In this document: positions 42,377-53,653 of the stretch, piece by piece
How positions within the stretch are numbered: the stretch's first letter is position 1
Layout of the letters: every line of letters starts with the position of its first letter
Origin: Actinomycetota bacterium
GTDB taxonomy: Bacteria; Actinomycetota; Actinomycetes; S36-B12
DNA length: 64,000 nt
Direction of reading: 5' to 3'
Assembly: GCA_016870195.1 (NCBI GenBank)
Contig: VGCC01000004.1
Span: 36,843 to 100,842, forward strand
Program-made: the position numbers and the translations under genes
The notes under the pieces: generated by a model
What the model saw: only the letters and a program-made list of their open reading frames with translations
What the model was told of the DNA's origin: nothing
Database searches by the model: none

Positions 42377-44110
42377 ATCTTTTCTCGGTTCCCGAGTGTC
42401 GTGGTGGGGTCGCTGTTGTTGGCCTCGCTGAGTGCTCCCTCCGCGCATGCCGACGACGGGTTGGCGCGTCTCCGCGCGTGCACGCCTCCAACTGCACAAT
42501 TCGTGTCGCTCGGTGCTGCGCCCGAGGTGGAGGGTCCGATTCCGATCACCGCGGGTATGCATCGACTGTGGGATCTCGGCGTCACATGGAAAGACATCAA
42601 CCCGGCACCGGGGCAGTTCACCTGGGCAACTCTCGATGCGGAAGTGCGCCAGGCCGAGGAATCCGGATCAGTACCAATGCTCGTTTTGGGGATGACGCCG
42701 TCGTGGGCAGCGGCAAATCCCGGCGCGGGGGATCCACGCTGGGGATTGGGAACGGCGAGTCCGCCCCGTGAGGTTTCGTTCTGGCGGGACTACGTCGCCG
42801 CCGTCGTCGATCGATACGGTCCCCGCATCAAGGCGTATCAGATCTGGAACGAAGCCAACCTTCAGACATTCTGGGCCGGCAACCCCGAGCAGATGGCTGA
42901 CCTCACGCAACAGGCATACACGGTGATCAAGCAACGACAGCCCGGTGCGATCGTGGTCGCACCATCTATTGGACTGCGACTCGCCGGGCCGATGCGCACG
43001 TTCACCCGGGGATTCTTCGGGGCCCTCGGTGCGCGCGGGAACCCGATTGATGTCCTCTCGATTCACACCTACCCTGCCGGCGATGGGGGCACCCAGCAAC
43101 GTGTGGCGTTGATAACGGACTGGCAGCAGACCCTGGTGGGTGCAGTAGGCGCGTCCTCACCGGTTCTCGATCTCCCGGTGTGGGACACGGAGGTTAACTT
43201 CGGCCTCGCCGGCCCTGGTGCGCGCCCGGGACGCGCATTCTCTGATGCTGAGGCCGCGAACCTCATTCGACAGACGTACGTCGACTCGCTGGCTCTGGGG
43301 ATCGACGCCACCTTCTGGTACCTCTACACCGCAGCGCCGTACCCGCTGCTCGGTGTTCAGTTGTGGAAGGGGGCACCTGAAGCCACGGCCGCATGGCAAA
43401 GCGTGAGTCGAGCATTCGCCCCAGGGTCTCCGTGCTCGGTGACCGCACCCTCGTCAGATCGTTTTGCCATCGATGCGCAACTGCAACGGGTTCCGGCGGC
43501 GCCCGCACTCGAAAGCGCGCAGGTCAATGTTGCAGGTGCAACGTCCGTGGTCCCGCTGGTGGGGGGTCGTGCCGGGGATGCTTCTTGGTCCGCTGCCTTC
43601 TCGGGTCTACCGGGCGGGGTCACGGGTCCACGGGACACCGTCGCTCTCACAGCGACGGGGTACCTTCCTTCGTCTCCGGTCTATATCTGGCGTGACGAGT
43701 CATTCGCACGATACGTTCTCGCGGACGGGTCGGGTGCAGTCTCAGCCACTGATATCCCCACGAAAGGCGCGGCCTCGTTGCAAGTTAACGGGTTCACACC
43801 CGCTGGCACCATTCGTTCCATTTCTGTGAGCCTTCAGCCTCCGCTGCGCAAGAGCCCCTCGCAGGTCACGGCTCTGGAGTTTGTTGGCGGTGACCTCACA
43901 GCCGCTTCGCAACGAAACCTGCGACGGCTCACTCAGGCTTCAGTGTCGCGCGATGTGATCGTGATTCGCGTCGTTGCATCCTCGAACGTGATCGCGTCGC
44001 GTCGGGCGCGCACCGTCGAAAGGTTCCTTCAAGCCGAAAAGTTCCCCGGAACAATCCGTATCAAATCTCGTGAAGGCACCCGCGAGCGAGCGAGGGTGCG
44101 CCTCAACTAG
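42377..44110 (+). CDS. Secreted clan-A glycoside hydrolase (GH39/GH5-like) with degenerate OmpA-like C-terminus; start at ATC 42377 or GTG 42401
   Basis: RLWD.GVTW, YQIWNEAN acid/base, SIHTYP, VWDTEVN nucleophile; signal peptide ending AHA. Confidence 0.75.
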   Translation: MFSRFPSVVVGSLLLASLSAPSAHADDGLARLRACTPPTAQFVSLGAAPEVEGPIPITAGMHRLWDLGVTWKDINPAPGQFTWATLDAEVRQAEESGSVPMLVLGMTPSWAAANPGAGDPRWGLGTASPPREVSFWRDYVAAVVDRYGPRIKAYQIWNEANLQTFWAGNPEQMADLTQQAYTVIKQRQPGAIVVAPSIGLRLAGPMRTFTRGFFGALGARGNPIDVLSIHTYPAGDGGTQQRVALITDWQQTLVGAVGASSPVLDLPVWDTEVNFGLAGPGARPGRAFSDAEAANLIRQTYVDSLALGIDATFWYLYTAAPYPLLGVQLWKGAPEATAAWQSVSRAFAPGSPCSVTAPSSDRFAIDAQLQRVPAAPALESAQVNVAGATSVVPLVGGRAGDASWSAAFSGLPGGVTGPRDTVALTATGYLPSSPVYIWRDESFARYVLADGSGAVSATDIPTKGAASLQVNGFTPAGTIRSISVSLQPPLRKSPSQVTALEFVGGDLTAASQRNLRRLTQASVSRDVIVIRVVASSNVIASRRARTVERFLQAEKFPGTIRIKSREGTRERARVRLN

Positions 44111-44164
44111 GGATCGCCGTAGTCGAGGTTCACGGATCGAAGCGAGTGCGGCTCAGCGGGGTTC

Positions 44165-45460
44165 TCACCCCTCTGCGATTCTCGGTCCCCCCAGACAGCG
44201 AGATAGCGCGTCAACGCCTCGCCACACATCCTCGAAGGTGTTGTAGAGCGGCGCAGGGGTCAATCGGATGACGTCGGGATTGCGGGCATCGCCCAGAACC
44301 CCGTGGGTGGAGTACATCGATTCGATGAGGGCAAAGGGTTCGACCGGTACGCGAATGGAGACCTGGGCGCCGTGACGGTCCGGCTCGCGCGGAGTAATGA
44401 CCTGGATGTCCACATCTCGGGCGGCGATGTCGATCAGGGCGAAGAGGTACGCGGTCAACTCGAGGCTGCGGGCATGCAACCGCTCCATCCCGATCTCGTC
44501 GAAGATGCGCAGGGATGTGAGCGCCGGACTCATGATGAAAACCGGTGAGCAGGACACCGACCACGCTTCCGCCGTAGTCCACGGGTCGAGGATCGGGTCC
44601 ATGCGAAACCGTGTCTCGGGGCGGTTGCTCCACCAGCCCGCGAGTCGAGGAATATCGGGATCATCGAGGTGGCGCTCGTGGATGAAAGCACCTGAGACGG
44701 AACCGGGGCCCGAGTTCAAGTACTTGTAGCTGCACCAGGCCGCGAAATCGACGTCCCAGTCGTGCATGCGTAGTGGCACGTTGCCGGCCGCATGCGCAAG
44801 GTCCCAGCCAGCGATCGCACCGATGTCATGGACGGTGCGGGTGATCGCAGGAACGTCCATGAACTCACCGCTGAGGTAATTCACGGCTCCCACGAGGACG
44901 GTGGCGATCGAGTCGCCATGCTCGCGGAGAGTCGCGATCACATCCTCGGTGCGCAGCGAGTCCTCACCGGCGCGTGGTCGAAGCCGGAGCACGTCGACAT
45001 CCGGGTCGAGGCCGCGTGCCGCCACGTGGGAGCGCACCGCGTAGGAGTCCGAACTGAAGGCGTAGTCCTCGATGACGATCTTCGTGCGCGACCCGTGGGG
45101 CCGATAGAAACTCGTGAGCAGGAGGTGCAGGTTGATAGTGAGGCCGTTCGTGATGACGACCTCGTCGGGCAGTGCTCCCACCACCCGCGCACTCGCGCCG
45201 CTGAGCTGCAGGGGGTATGCCATCCACGGCCGGTCCCCGTGCGCGTAGCCGCGCACCGCCAGGTTCTGCCACGCGTCGAGATCCGCGTTCATGTCTTCTC
45301 GTGTGCCGATCGGCATCAGACCGAGGGAGTTGCCCACCAGATAGGCAGTGTGGTCCTGACCCAGGATCGGGCTCGGCATGAGGTGAAAGCGATCGCGGGC
45401 GATCGGCGGGTCGAGTTCCGCATCACGGTGGGCGGCGTAGGAGCGAGAACTGTCGATCAC
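44165..45460 (-). CDS. kynU: Kynureninase
   Basis: YLVGNSLGLMP, LTINLHLL..SFYRP, WDLAHAAGN, WCSYKYLNSGPG, PLYNTFED. Confidence 0.92.
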   Translation of the reverse strand: MIDSSRSYAAHRDAELDPPIARDRFHLMPSPILGQDHTAYLVGNSLGLMPIGTREDMNADLDAWQNLAVRGYAHGDRPWMAYPLQLSGASARVVGALPDEVVITNGLTINLHLLLTSFYRPHGSRTKIVIEDYAFSSDSYAVRSHVAARGLDPDVDVLRLRPRAGEDSLRTEDVIATLREHGDSIATVLVGAVNYLSGEFMDVPAITRTVHDIGAIAGWDLAHAAGNVPLRMHDWDVDFAAWCSYKYLNSGPGSVSGAFIHERHLDDPDIPRLAGWWSNRPETRFRMDPILDPWTTAEAWSVSCSPVFIMSPALTSLRIFDEIGMERLHARSLELTAYLFALIDIAARDVDIQVITPREPDRHGAQVSIRVPVEPFALIESMYSTHGVLGDARNPDVIRLTPAPLYNTFEDVWRGVDALSRCLGGPRIAEG

Positions 45461-45506
45461 GCGCCGACCCTGCCAGATACCCTTGCCGAACGGAAGGGAG
45501 GCGGCA

Positions 45507-45968
45507 GTGAAGGTCTCCTTGGACGCGGTCGATCACGCGATCCTTCGTGAGTTGCAGTCCGATGCCCGCCTGTCCTACAGCGAGATCGGACGTCGTGTCC
45601 ACATTTCCACGCCGACCGCCGCCGATCGCATTCGACGGATGGAGCGCGACGGCGTCATCACCGGTTACTCGGCGGATATCGATCCGACCCGGCTCGGTTG
45701 GGACGTTCGTGCTTTGGTCCGCATGACCTGTTACGGACCTACCTGCATCCTCGACGACCCGGACGTAGCGATGTGGCCCGAAGTCCTCCGCATCGACCGG
45801 CTGACCGGGGATGAGTGTTGCGAATTAACCGTCGTCTGCGAGTCGATGTCGGCTTTCGGCAGGCTCATCGATCGACTTGCAACCCACGGAACGCCGGAGA
45901 GCTCCCTCGTACTGTCATCGATTTCTTCGCCTACCGTGCAGGCACCGCCCACGTCAGTGCCTGATTGA
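45507..45968 (+). CDS. Lrp/AsnC-family regulator divergent from kynU
   Basis: LDAVDHAILRELQSDARLSYSEIGR, GVITGY. Confidence 0.9.
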   Translation: MKVSLDAVDHAILRELQSDARLSYSEIGRRVHISTPTAADRIRRMERDGVITGYSADIDPTRLGWDVRALVRMTCYGPTCILDDPDVAMWPEVLRIDRLTGDECCELTVVCESMSAFGRLIDRLATHGTPESSLVLSSISSPTVQAPPTSVPD

Positions 45969-46631
45969 TGATGAGCGCGCACGCGTTCGTGCGCGGATCC
46001 ACCCACTCGAAGTGACCGACATCCTGGGTAGTCGTCTCCCCGTAGTCGTGGGACATGGTGACGGGAACACGTATGTCGCGTGCTCCGTGCATGACCACGA
46101 AGTCGATGTCCGGCCGCGGTAGTCGGGCGGGATCGAGGTCGGGGTGATCCGCGGCGGGTGAGCCCAGGAACGCGGGAACCGCGCCGTCATCTGCATCGGC
46201 GATCTCGGCGGCACGCAGGTCCGTGATCGGTGCGATCGCCAGGCAGGCGCGCATCAACTCCGGTCGGTGGATCGCGGCGAGGAGTGCCAGGTGACCTCCG
46301 GCGCAGTGCCCCAAGACGACCGGCGGGTTGCCCAGGGTTCCGATGTGAGCCAGGGCGGAGCACACATCGTCGAACTGCCAGGTCGGATGCCCGGGACCCG
46401 CCGGTATTCGATGTTGTAGACGGTCACGTGGTGCGCCAGCCGTGCCGCGAGTGGGCGCAGGTAGGTGCGGTCGATCTCCGGACGCCAGTACCCACCATGC
46501 AGGAGTGCAACCGGGTAGTCCGATGGGCGATGCTCTCCATAGGCGTCCATGACGTGATCGGGATGCCCGCCATATGCCACGGAGCTGGGAGTATCGGAGG
46601 CCTCAAGGTCGAAGACGGACCGGTCCTCCAT
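45931..46631 (-). pseudogene. Alpha/beta hydrolase (kynurenine formamidase-like), frameshifted near 46390
   Basis: N-half LHGGYW...NIEYRRVPG in one frame; C-half DDV..GHCAGGHLA..HG.RD.RVP..GHF in another. Confidence 0.75.
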
Positions 46632-46671
46632 GGCTACCTAGACTGCCAGAAACCTCGGAAGTGGAGTTGGG

Positions 46672-47418
46672 ATGTTCGGTTGGCACGTGCCCGACCTGCA
46701 GCCGGGTCTGCCATGGTGGCCGCTGCTCGTCGTCATCCTGGCCCTCGTCCTCGTCAACGTCGTCAACAATCGCCTGGCGCCCCAATCGCACTACTTCCTC
46801 TGGGCGATCGCGGGGTCCGTGCTGTTCCTCGCCATCGGCCTGCTCGACGGGAACTCCCTGCAGGACATGGGCCTTGGGTTCACGTATCTCCTCCCCGGAT
46901 TGATCTGGGCGGCCGTTTCCATCGGACTTGTGACTGCTGTCTACGTCATCGGATCCATCTTCAAGAAGACTCGACGTGCGTTCCACGACGAACGCATTCG
47001 GGAATTGTCGGCTGGGCGCCTGGTCTTCCAGGCATTGATCGAGGTGCCGTTTGGCACGGTGCTCTTTGAGGAGATTGCCTTCCGAGCGGTGTTGTTCTCG
47101 ATGCTGGCGCGCAGGTTCGGGGTGGTGACCGCGATCGTCGTGTCGGCGCTCCTGTTCGGCATCTGGCATGTGCTGCCGAGTGTCGGAACCCATGAGCAGA
47201 ATCCGGCCCTGGGATCCGTGGTCGGCGAGGGTCGACGTGGCAACGTCCTGGCGATTGCGGCGAGTGTGCTCACCACGACCATTGCCGGGGTTGTGTTTAC
47301 GCTGATGCGCATCGTGTCGGGCAGTGTGATCGCTCCGATCGGGCTCCACTGGGCAACGAACGGTCTCGGCTATGCGTTCTCGTGGGTTCTGATCCGCACC
47401 CGGAGATCGGGTGCATGA
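46672..47418 (+). CDS. CPBP/Abi-family intramembrane metalloprotease
   Basis: EEIAFRA, FGIWH, LHWATN. Confidence 0.88.
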   Translation: MFGWHVPDLQPGLPWWPLLVVILALVLVNVVNNRLAPQSHYFLWAIAGSVLFLAIGLLDGNSLQDMGLGFTYLLPGLIWAAVSIGLVTAVYVIGSIFKKTRRAFHDERIRELSAGRLVFQALIEVPFGTVLFEEIAFRAVLFSMLARRFGVVTAIVVSALLFGIWHVLPSVGTHEQNPALGSVVGEGRRGNVLAIAASVLTTTIAGVVFTLMRIVSGSVIAPIGLHWATNGLGYAFSWVLIRTRRSGA

Positions 47419-47445
47419 TGTGCCGGGACACGAGGGGAGGGGTAA

Positions 47446-47808
47446 GTGACATCAATGGAATTCACCACGTACGATGACGAGCGCTTCCCCGAGCCCGCAT
47501 CGCTCGATCCGTATTGGGAGGACCTGACCGTGGATTTGGCCCGCAGCAACGACGAGTCCTGCGGACTCAGCGATCGCGATCAGCGCATCCTGGAATTCGA
47601 ACGGCAGTGGTGGAAGTACGCCGGGGCTAAGGAACAGGCCATCCGCGACCTCTTCGACATGAGTGCCACGCGGTACTACCAGATCGTGAACACAGTCATC
47701 GACACGCAGGAGGCCTTGGCCTTCGACCCGATGCTGGTCAAGCGCCTCCGGAGGATGCGGGCGGCTCGGCAGCAGGCCCGCTCGGATAAGCGGGCAGACG
47801 CTCGCTGA
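47446..47808 (+). CDS. DUF3263 protein
   Basis: ILEFERQWWKYAGAKEQAIR, SATRYYQ, DPMLVKRLRR. Confidence 0.9.
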   Translation: MTSMEFTTYDDERFPEPASLDPYWEDLTVDLARSNDESCGLSDRDQRILEFERQWWKYAGAKEQAIRDLFDMSATRYYQIVNTVIDTQEALAFDPMLVKRLRRMRAARQQARSDKRADAR

Positions 47809-47842
47809 TCCGCCCCGCGAGACCCCGGTTCGTGGTAGCAAT

Positions 47843-49069
47843 GTGGCGATGCGAACCTCACGGGTCCTCTTAGGGGCGCTCCTCGCCCTGGCCGTGGTGG
47901 GTGGTGCGCAACCCGCCCACGCTGCCAAGAAGCCGATCGTTGTCTGGGTGGACTCCTCGATGCGCGCGGCAACCAAGACGTTGTTCGCCGCTGGGATCAA
48001 TGGGCGTGAGGTTCGGGTTCGGGCACGGGATATGTCCTCCGTGGCGGAGCAGCTGCGCACCGTCGATCCGGCGGAGGCGCCGGACATCATCCTGATCGAC
48101 AACACGCAGACGGCGGCTTTGGCCGCGGCGACGCTGATCGAGCCGTTGACAATCCCGACCCAGACGACCAGGGGGTTCGTTCCCGCGGCCATCGATGGAT
48201 TCCGGTACGGGTTCGGGAACTACGGGATCCCGATGCAGCGGAGCAATCTGGCGTTGATCACGAACGCCGACCTCGTCCCGGTAGCGCCGGAGACGTTCGC
48301 GCAGCTGTCCCGTGCCGCCCTGCAGTTGAAGGACGACGGCCGGATCACGGTGCCCTTCGCGCTGGCGCAGGGGGAGAAGGGCAATGCGGAAACCACCTAC
48401 CCGCTGTTCAGCGGCCTGGGCGGTTTCGCATTCGGGACGAATGCGGCTGGCAGCCTCGATCCGACCAAGGTCGGGATCGACAACAAGCTGTTCCGAGGGC
48501 ATTCGCAACGCATCGACTCCTGGAAAGAGTCGGGGCTCCTGGACTCGGCCGTCACGGCCGAGCGGGCGCGCGAAACCTTCATCGCAGGGCAGTCCCCCTT
48601 CTGGCTCGCGGGACCCGAGGACATCCCCACCTTGCGGGCGGTCAGCTTCCGCTACCGGGTTACTGCGCTTCCACCGATCGTGAAGCGCCTTGCACCGGCG
48701 CCGCTTCTCCGGTCGTGGGGATTCGCCGTGACCCCGTTCGCGCGCCAGCACCGGGTCCTCCCGGCGGCCATCGCCCTCGTCACGCGGGTGGCGGCCTCGG
48801 CGGAGGGTCAGGCCGCCTTCGCGGCGGCGTCCACCCGCATCGGTCTTCCCGCCAACATCGCCGCGGCGTCTCGGGTGGCGGATCGGCTGCTGGTCGCCTT
48901 CGGCGCTGCCGGATCGGCCGCGGTGGCCTATCCGAACATCCCGCAGTGGTTGGAGGCCCGGGCAGCCCTGGGCGAGGCGTGGCGGGATTCGACCCGGGGG
49001 GAGGGGGCGACCCCGGCCGCCGAGTCCTTCGCGGTCGCCCAGAAGCGGGTCCGGGCGGTCGGGGGATAG
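47843..49069 (+). CDS. Sugar ABC substrate-binding protein (MalE-like), orphan
   Basis: APDII, YGIP...SNLALITNADLV, YPLFSGLGGFAF, PNIPQW; signal peptide. Confidence 0.75.
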   Translation: MAMRTSRVLLGALLALAVVGGAQPAHAAKKPIVVWVDSSMRAATKTLFAAGINGREVRVRARDMSSVAEQLRTVDPAEAPDIILIDNTQTAALAAATLIEPLTIPTQTTRGFVPAAIDGFRYGFGNYGIPMQRSNLALITNADLVPVAPETFAQLSRAALQLKDDGRITVPFALAQGEKGNAETTYPLFSGLGGFAFGTNAAGSLDPTKVGIDNKLFRGHSQRIDSWKESGLLDSAVTAERARETFIAGQSPFWLAGPEDIPTLRAVSFRYRVTALPPIVKRLAPAPLLRSWGFAVTPFARQHRVLPAAIALVTRVAASAEGQAAFAAASTRIGLPANIAAASRVADRLLVAFGAAGSAAVAYPNIPQWLEARAALGEAWRDSTRGEGATPAAESFAVAQKRVRAVGG

Positions 49070-49072
49070 GAA

Positions 49073-50832
<1,760 letters not shown>

Positions 50833-50841
50833 ACGGTTGTT

Positions 50842-50875
50842 ACGAAGGGCGGTCCCGTTCGGGACCGCCCTTCGT
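50842..50875. terminator. Hairpin terminator between convergent groEL and TMEM175 genes
   Basis: ACGAAGGGCGGTCCC-GTTC-GGGACCGCCCTTCGT, perfect 15-bp stem. Confidence 0.85.
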
Positions 50876-51474
50876 CATTCCCGCGAATCGCCGGACGTGA
50901 GGAGCACGACGACGACCGCGACGCTCTCGACACCCCAGACCGCCAGTGTCCACGCCGGTGCGATCCCGGCGAGAATGATGGTGACCACAGCGAGGATCGG
51001 AACGACGGCGAGGTGATGCACCACGCTTTTAGACCACACTGTGGTTCCACCGTTGTCCATTTCTGCACTCCAGACGAACCAGCCGAGGATGAGGGCGTTG
51101 AGGCCTACCAGGGCGGCGAACAGTTGCAGGGCCAAGGGCTCCGCGAGCTCGTAGATCCCGACCAGGTGCGCGGTGAAGGGGATGAGCGAGATCGTGGCAA
51201 GGAAGATGAAGTTGATAAGGACGGTCCGCGACGAGCAGCGCTTGATTGTCGACGCGGTGTCATGCTGGATCATCCAGAAGCGGGCAAGCACGATGACACT
51301 GATCAGCCACCCGAAGAACGGATGCCAATCGGTCGTCAGGATTTCCTGAAGGGAGACGCCCGCCGGTGGTGGGTCGGGAAGTTTGAGTTCGAGGACCAAT
51401 AGGGTCAACGCGACCGCGAAGATCCCATCGGTCAGGGCAGCGAGACGCTCCGGTGGGTAGAAGCGGCGCGCCAT
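50875..51474 (-). CDS. TMEM175-family membrane protein (putative K+ channel)
   Basis: ERLAALTDGIFAVALTLLVLEL, FW..H, N..FL..I.LIPF. Confidence 0.85.
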   Translation of the reverse strand: MARRFYPPERLAALTDGIFAVALTLLVLELKLPDPPPAGVSLQEILTTDWHPFFGWLISVIVLARFWMIQHDTASTIKRCSSRTVLINFIFLATISLIPFTAHLVGIYELAEPLALQLFAALVGLNALILGWFVWSAEMDNGGTTVWSKSVVHHLAVVPILAVVTIILAGIAPAWTLAVWGVESVAVVVVLLTSGDSRE

Positions 51475-51521
51475 GGTGCGCATCATGCCGTCCACGGGCT
51501 GTGCTTTGGCACACTCAGCGG

Positions 51522-52004
51522 GTGAGTCCGACGAGTGGCACCTGGACCATCGGGCCGATGGACAGCGGGGATGTTCGCCTGCGCAGCGGGAGTCACGGGC
51601 TGATGAACCTCGATGTCCGGGCCCCTGTGCGCTCGGGGCGCCTCATCATCGACGCTCAGACGGCGACCCTGGATCTCGTCATCGCCCTCGATCGGATCTC
51701 GACCGGGAGTTTTTTCACGGAGCAAGCAGCCCGCGCGATGCTGGCCGGATACCGCGTCCACGACCTCGTGTACTCGGGCACGGGTCCGTGGCAGGGGAGC
51801 GCCTTTGCCATCTCAGGTCAGGCCCAGGCTGGAACCATGGACGTCACGATGGCCCTGGCCATCACTCCTCCTGTGACCGCGATGACTATCGAACTCACGG
51901 GTTCGGCCAGCTTCGGCTCCGTACACATTCCGTTCCCGGGGATCGGTGCGGTCGACGACTTCATGGTCGACGTCGACGCCCGCCTCGAAGTGACCGCGGT
52001 CTAG
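51522..52004 (+). CDS. YceI-like beta-barrel hypothetical protein
   Basis: GTWTIGP N-terminus, beta-rich, C-terminal VDVDARL; leaderless-type GTG. Confidence 0.55.
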   Translation: MSPTSGTWTIGPMDSGDVRLRSGSHGLMNLDVRAPVRSGRLIIDAQTATLDLVIALDRISTGSFFTEQAARAMLAGYRVHDLVYSGTGPWQGSAFAISGQAQAGTMDVTMALAITPPVTAMTIELTGSASFGSVHIPFPGIGAVDDFMVDVDARLEVTAV

Positions 52005-53653
52005 CGGGAGCCCCAGGCGAGTACGTCGTCCGCGTCGACGATGTGGTACGCGTAGCCCTGCTCCGCGAGGAATCGCTGCCGATGCTGGGCGAAGTCGGCG
52101 TCGTTGGTGTCACGTGTCACCACGGAGTAAAAGTGCGCGGTGCGCCCGTCGCCCTTGGGCCGCAGGATCCTCCCGAGCCGCTGCGCTTCCTCCTGGCGAG
52201 ACCCGAACGATCCGCTCACCTGGATCGCGACTGCGGCCTCGGGGAGATCGATCGAGAAGTTCGCGACCTTGCTCACCACGAGAACACGCACCTCGCCGCG
52301 GCGAAAGGCTTCGAAGAGTCGCTCACGCTCCCGAATCGAGGTGTTTCCGGTGATCACGGGTGCGCCCAGGTGTTCGCCGAGTTCGGCGAGTTGGTCCAGG
52401 AACTGCCCAATCACGAGCACCTGCTCTTGCGCATGGTGCTCGATGATCGCGTCAACCACGGCGATCTTCTGCTCGGCGGCCGCGGCGAGGCGGTACCGGT
52501 CCTCCTGCTCGGCGACGGAATAGGCCATGCGATCCGCCTCGGGGAGCGTCACGCGCACCTCGGTGCACTCGGCGGGTGCGATATAGCCCTGGGCCTCGAT
52601 GTCCTTCCATGGGGCGTCGTAGCGCTTGGGCCCGATCAGGGAGAACACGTCGGACTCGCGCCCGTCCTCACGCACGAGAGTCGCGGTGAGACCGAGCCGG
52701 CGTCGGCTCTGGATATCCGCGGTGAAGCGGAAGATGGGCGCAGGTAGAAGGTGGACCTCGTCGTAGATGATCAATCCCCAGTCACGGGTGTCGAACACAT
52801 CCAGGTGCGGATAGATCCCCTGCCGCTTGGTGGTCATCACTTGATACGTGGCGATGGTGACGGGACGGATCTCCTTCTTCGCCCCCGAGTATTCGCCGAT
52901 CTCGTCCTCGGTGAGCGTGGTGCGACGCAGGAGTTCGCTTCGCCACTGGCGCGCAGCTACGGTGTTGGTCACCAGGATCAGCGTCGTGGCCTGGGCCAGC
53001 GACATTGCCAACGCACCCACGATCGTCTTGCCTGCCCCGCAGGGAAGGACGACCACGCCGGATCCACCATGCCAGAAACCCTCGGCTGCCTCGACCTGGT
53101 AACTCCGCGGCTGCCAATCCGATGTGTCGAGTCCGATGGCATGCCGCTCACCATCCACGTAGCCCGCGATGTCCTCGGCGGGCCAGCCGAGCTTGAGCAG
53201 CGCCTGCTTCACGTGGCCGCGTTCGCTCGGGTGCACCAGGACCGTGGTCTCGTCGATGCGCGCTCCCAGCAGGGGCGCGATCTTCTTGCTGCGGAGAACT
53301 TCTTCGAGGACGGCGACGTCGATTGCCTGAAGCACGAGCCCGTGCGCGGGATCGTTGGCCAACTGCAGGCGCCCGTACCGCGCCATGGTTTCCGCGACAT
53401 CGATGAGCAGTCCGTGCGGCACTGGATAGCGCGAATAGCGCAGGAGTGTGTCGACCACCTGCTCCGCGTCGTGACCTGCAGCACGCGCATTCCACAATCC
53501 GAGCGGCGTCAACCGATAGGTGTGGATGTGTTCGGGCGCCCGTTCAAGTTCGGCAAAGGGGGCAATCGTCTTCCGGCACTCGTCGGACTTTGCGTGATCG
53601 ACTTCGAGGAGCAGTGTCTTATCGCTCTGCACGATCAGGGGGCCGTCAGCCAT
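52001..53653 (-). CDS. DNA repair helicase XPB
   Basis: GPLIVQSDKTLLLEVDH, LPCGAGKT, DEVH, GSRQEEAQRLGR. Confidence 0.95.
   Translation of the reverse strand: MADGPLIVQSDKTLLLEVDHAKSDECRKTIAPFAELERAPEHIHTYRLTPLGLWNARAAGHDAEQVVDTLLRYSRYPVPHGLLIDVAETMARYGRLQLANDPAHGLVLQAIDVAVLEEVLRSKKIAPLLGARIDETTVLVHPSERGHVKQALLKLGWPAEDIAGYVDGERHAIGLDTSDWQPRSYQVEAAEGFWHGGSGVVVLPCGAGKTIVGALAMSLAQATTLILVTNTVAARQWRSELLRRTTLTEDEIGEYSGAKKEIRPVTIATYQVMTTKRQGIYPHLDVFDTRDWGLIIYDEVHLLPAPIFRFTADIQSRRRLGLTATLVREDGRESDVFSLIGPKRYDAPWKDIEAQGYIAPAECTEVRVTLPEADRMAYSVAEQEDRYRLAAAAEQKIAVVDAIIEHHAQEQVLVIGQFLDQLAELGEHLGAPVITGNTSIRERERLFEAFRRGEVRVLVVSKVANFSIDLPEAAVAIQVSGSFGSRQEEAQRLGRILRPKGDGRTAHFYSVVTRDTNDADFAQHRQRFLAEQGYAYHIVDADDVLAWGSR

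Noticed and set aside
46385-46396. Programmed ribosomal frameshift in the hydrolase
   Set aside because: No typical slippery heptamer or obvious stimulatory structure; an indel is the simpler explanation
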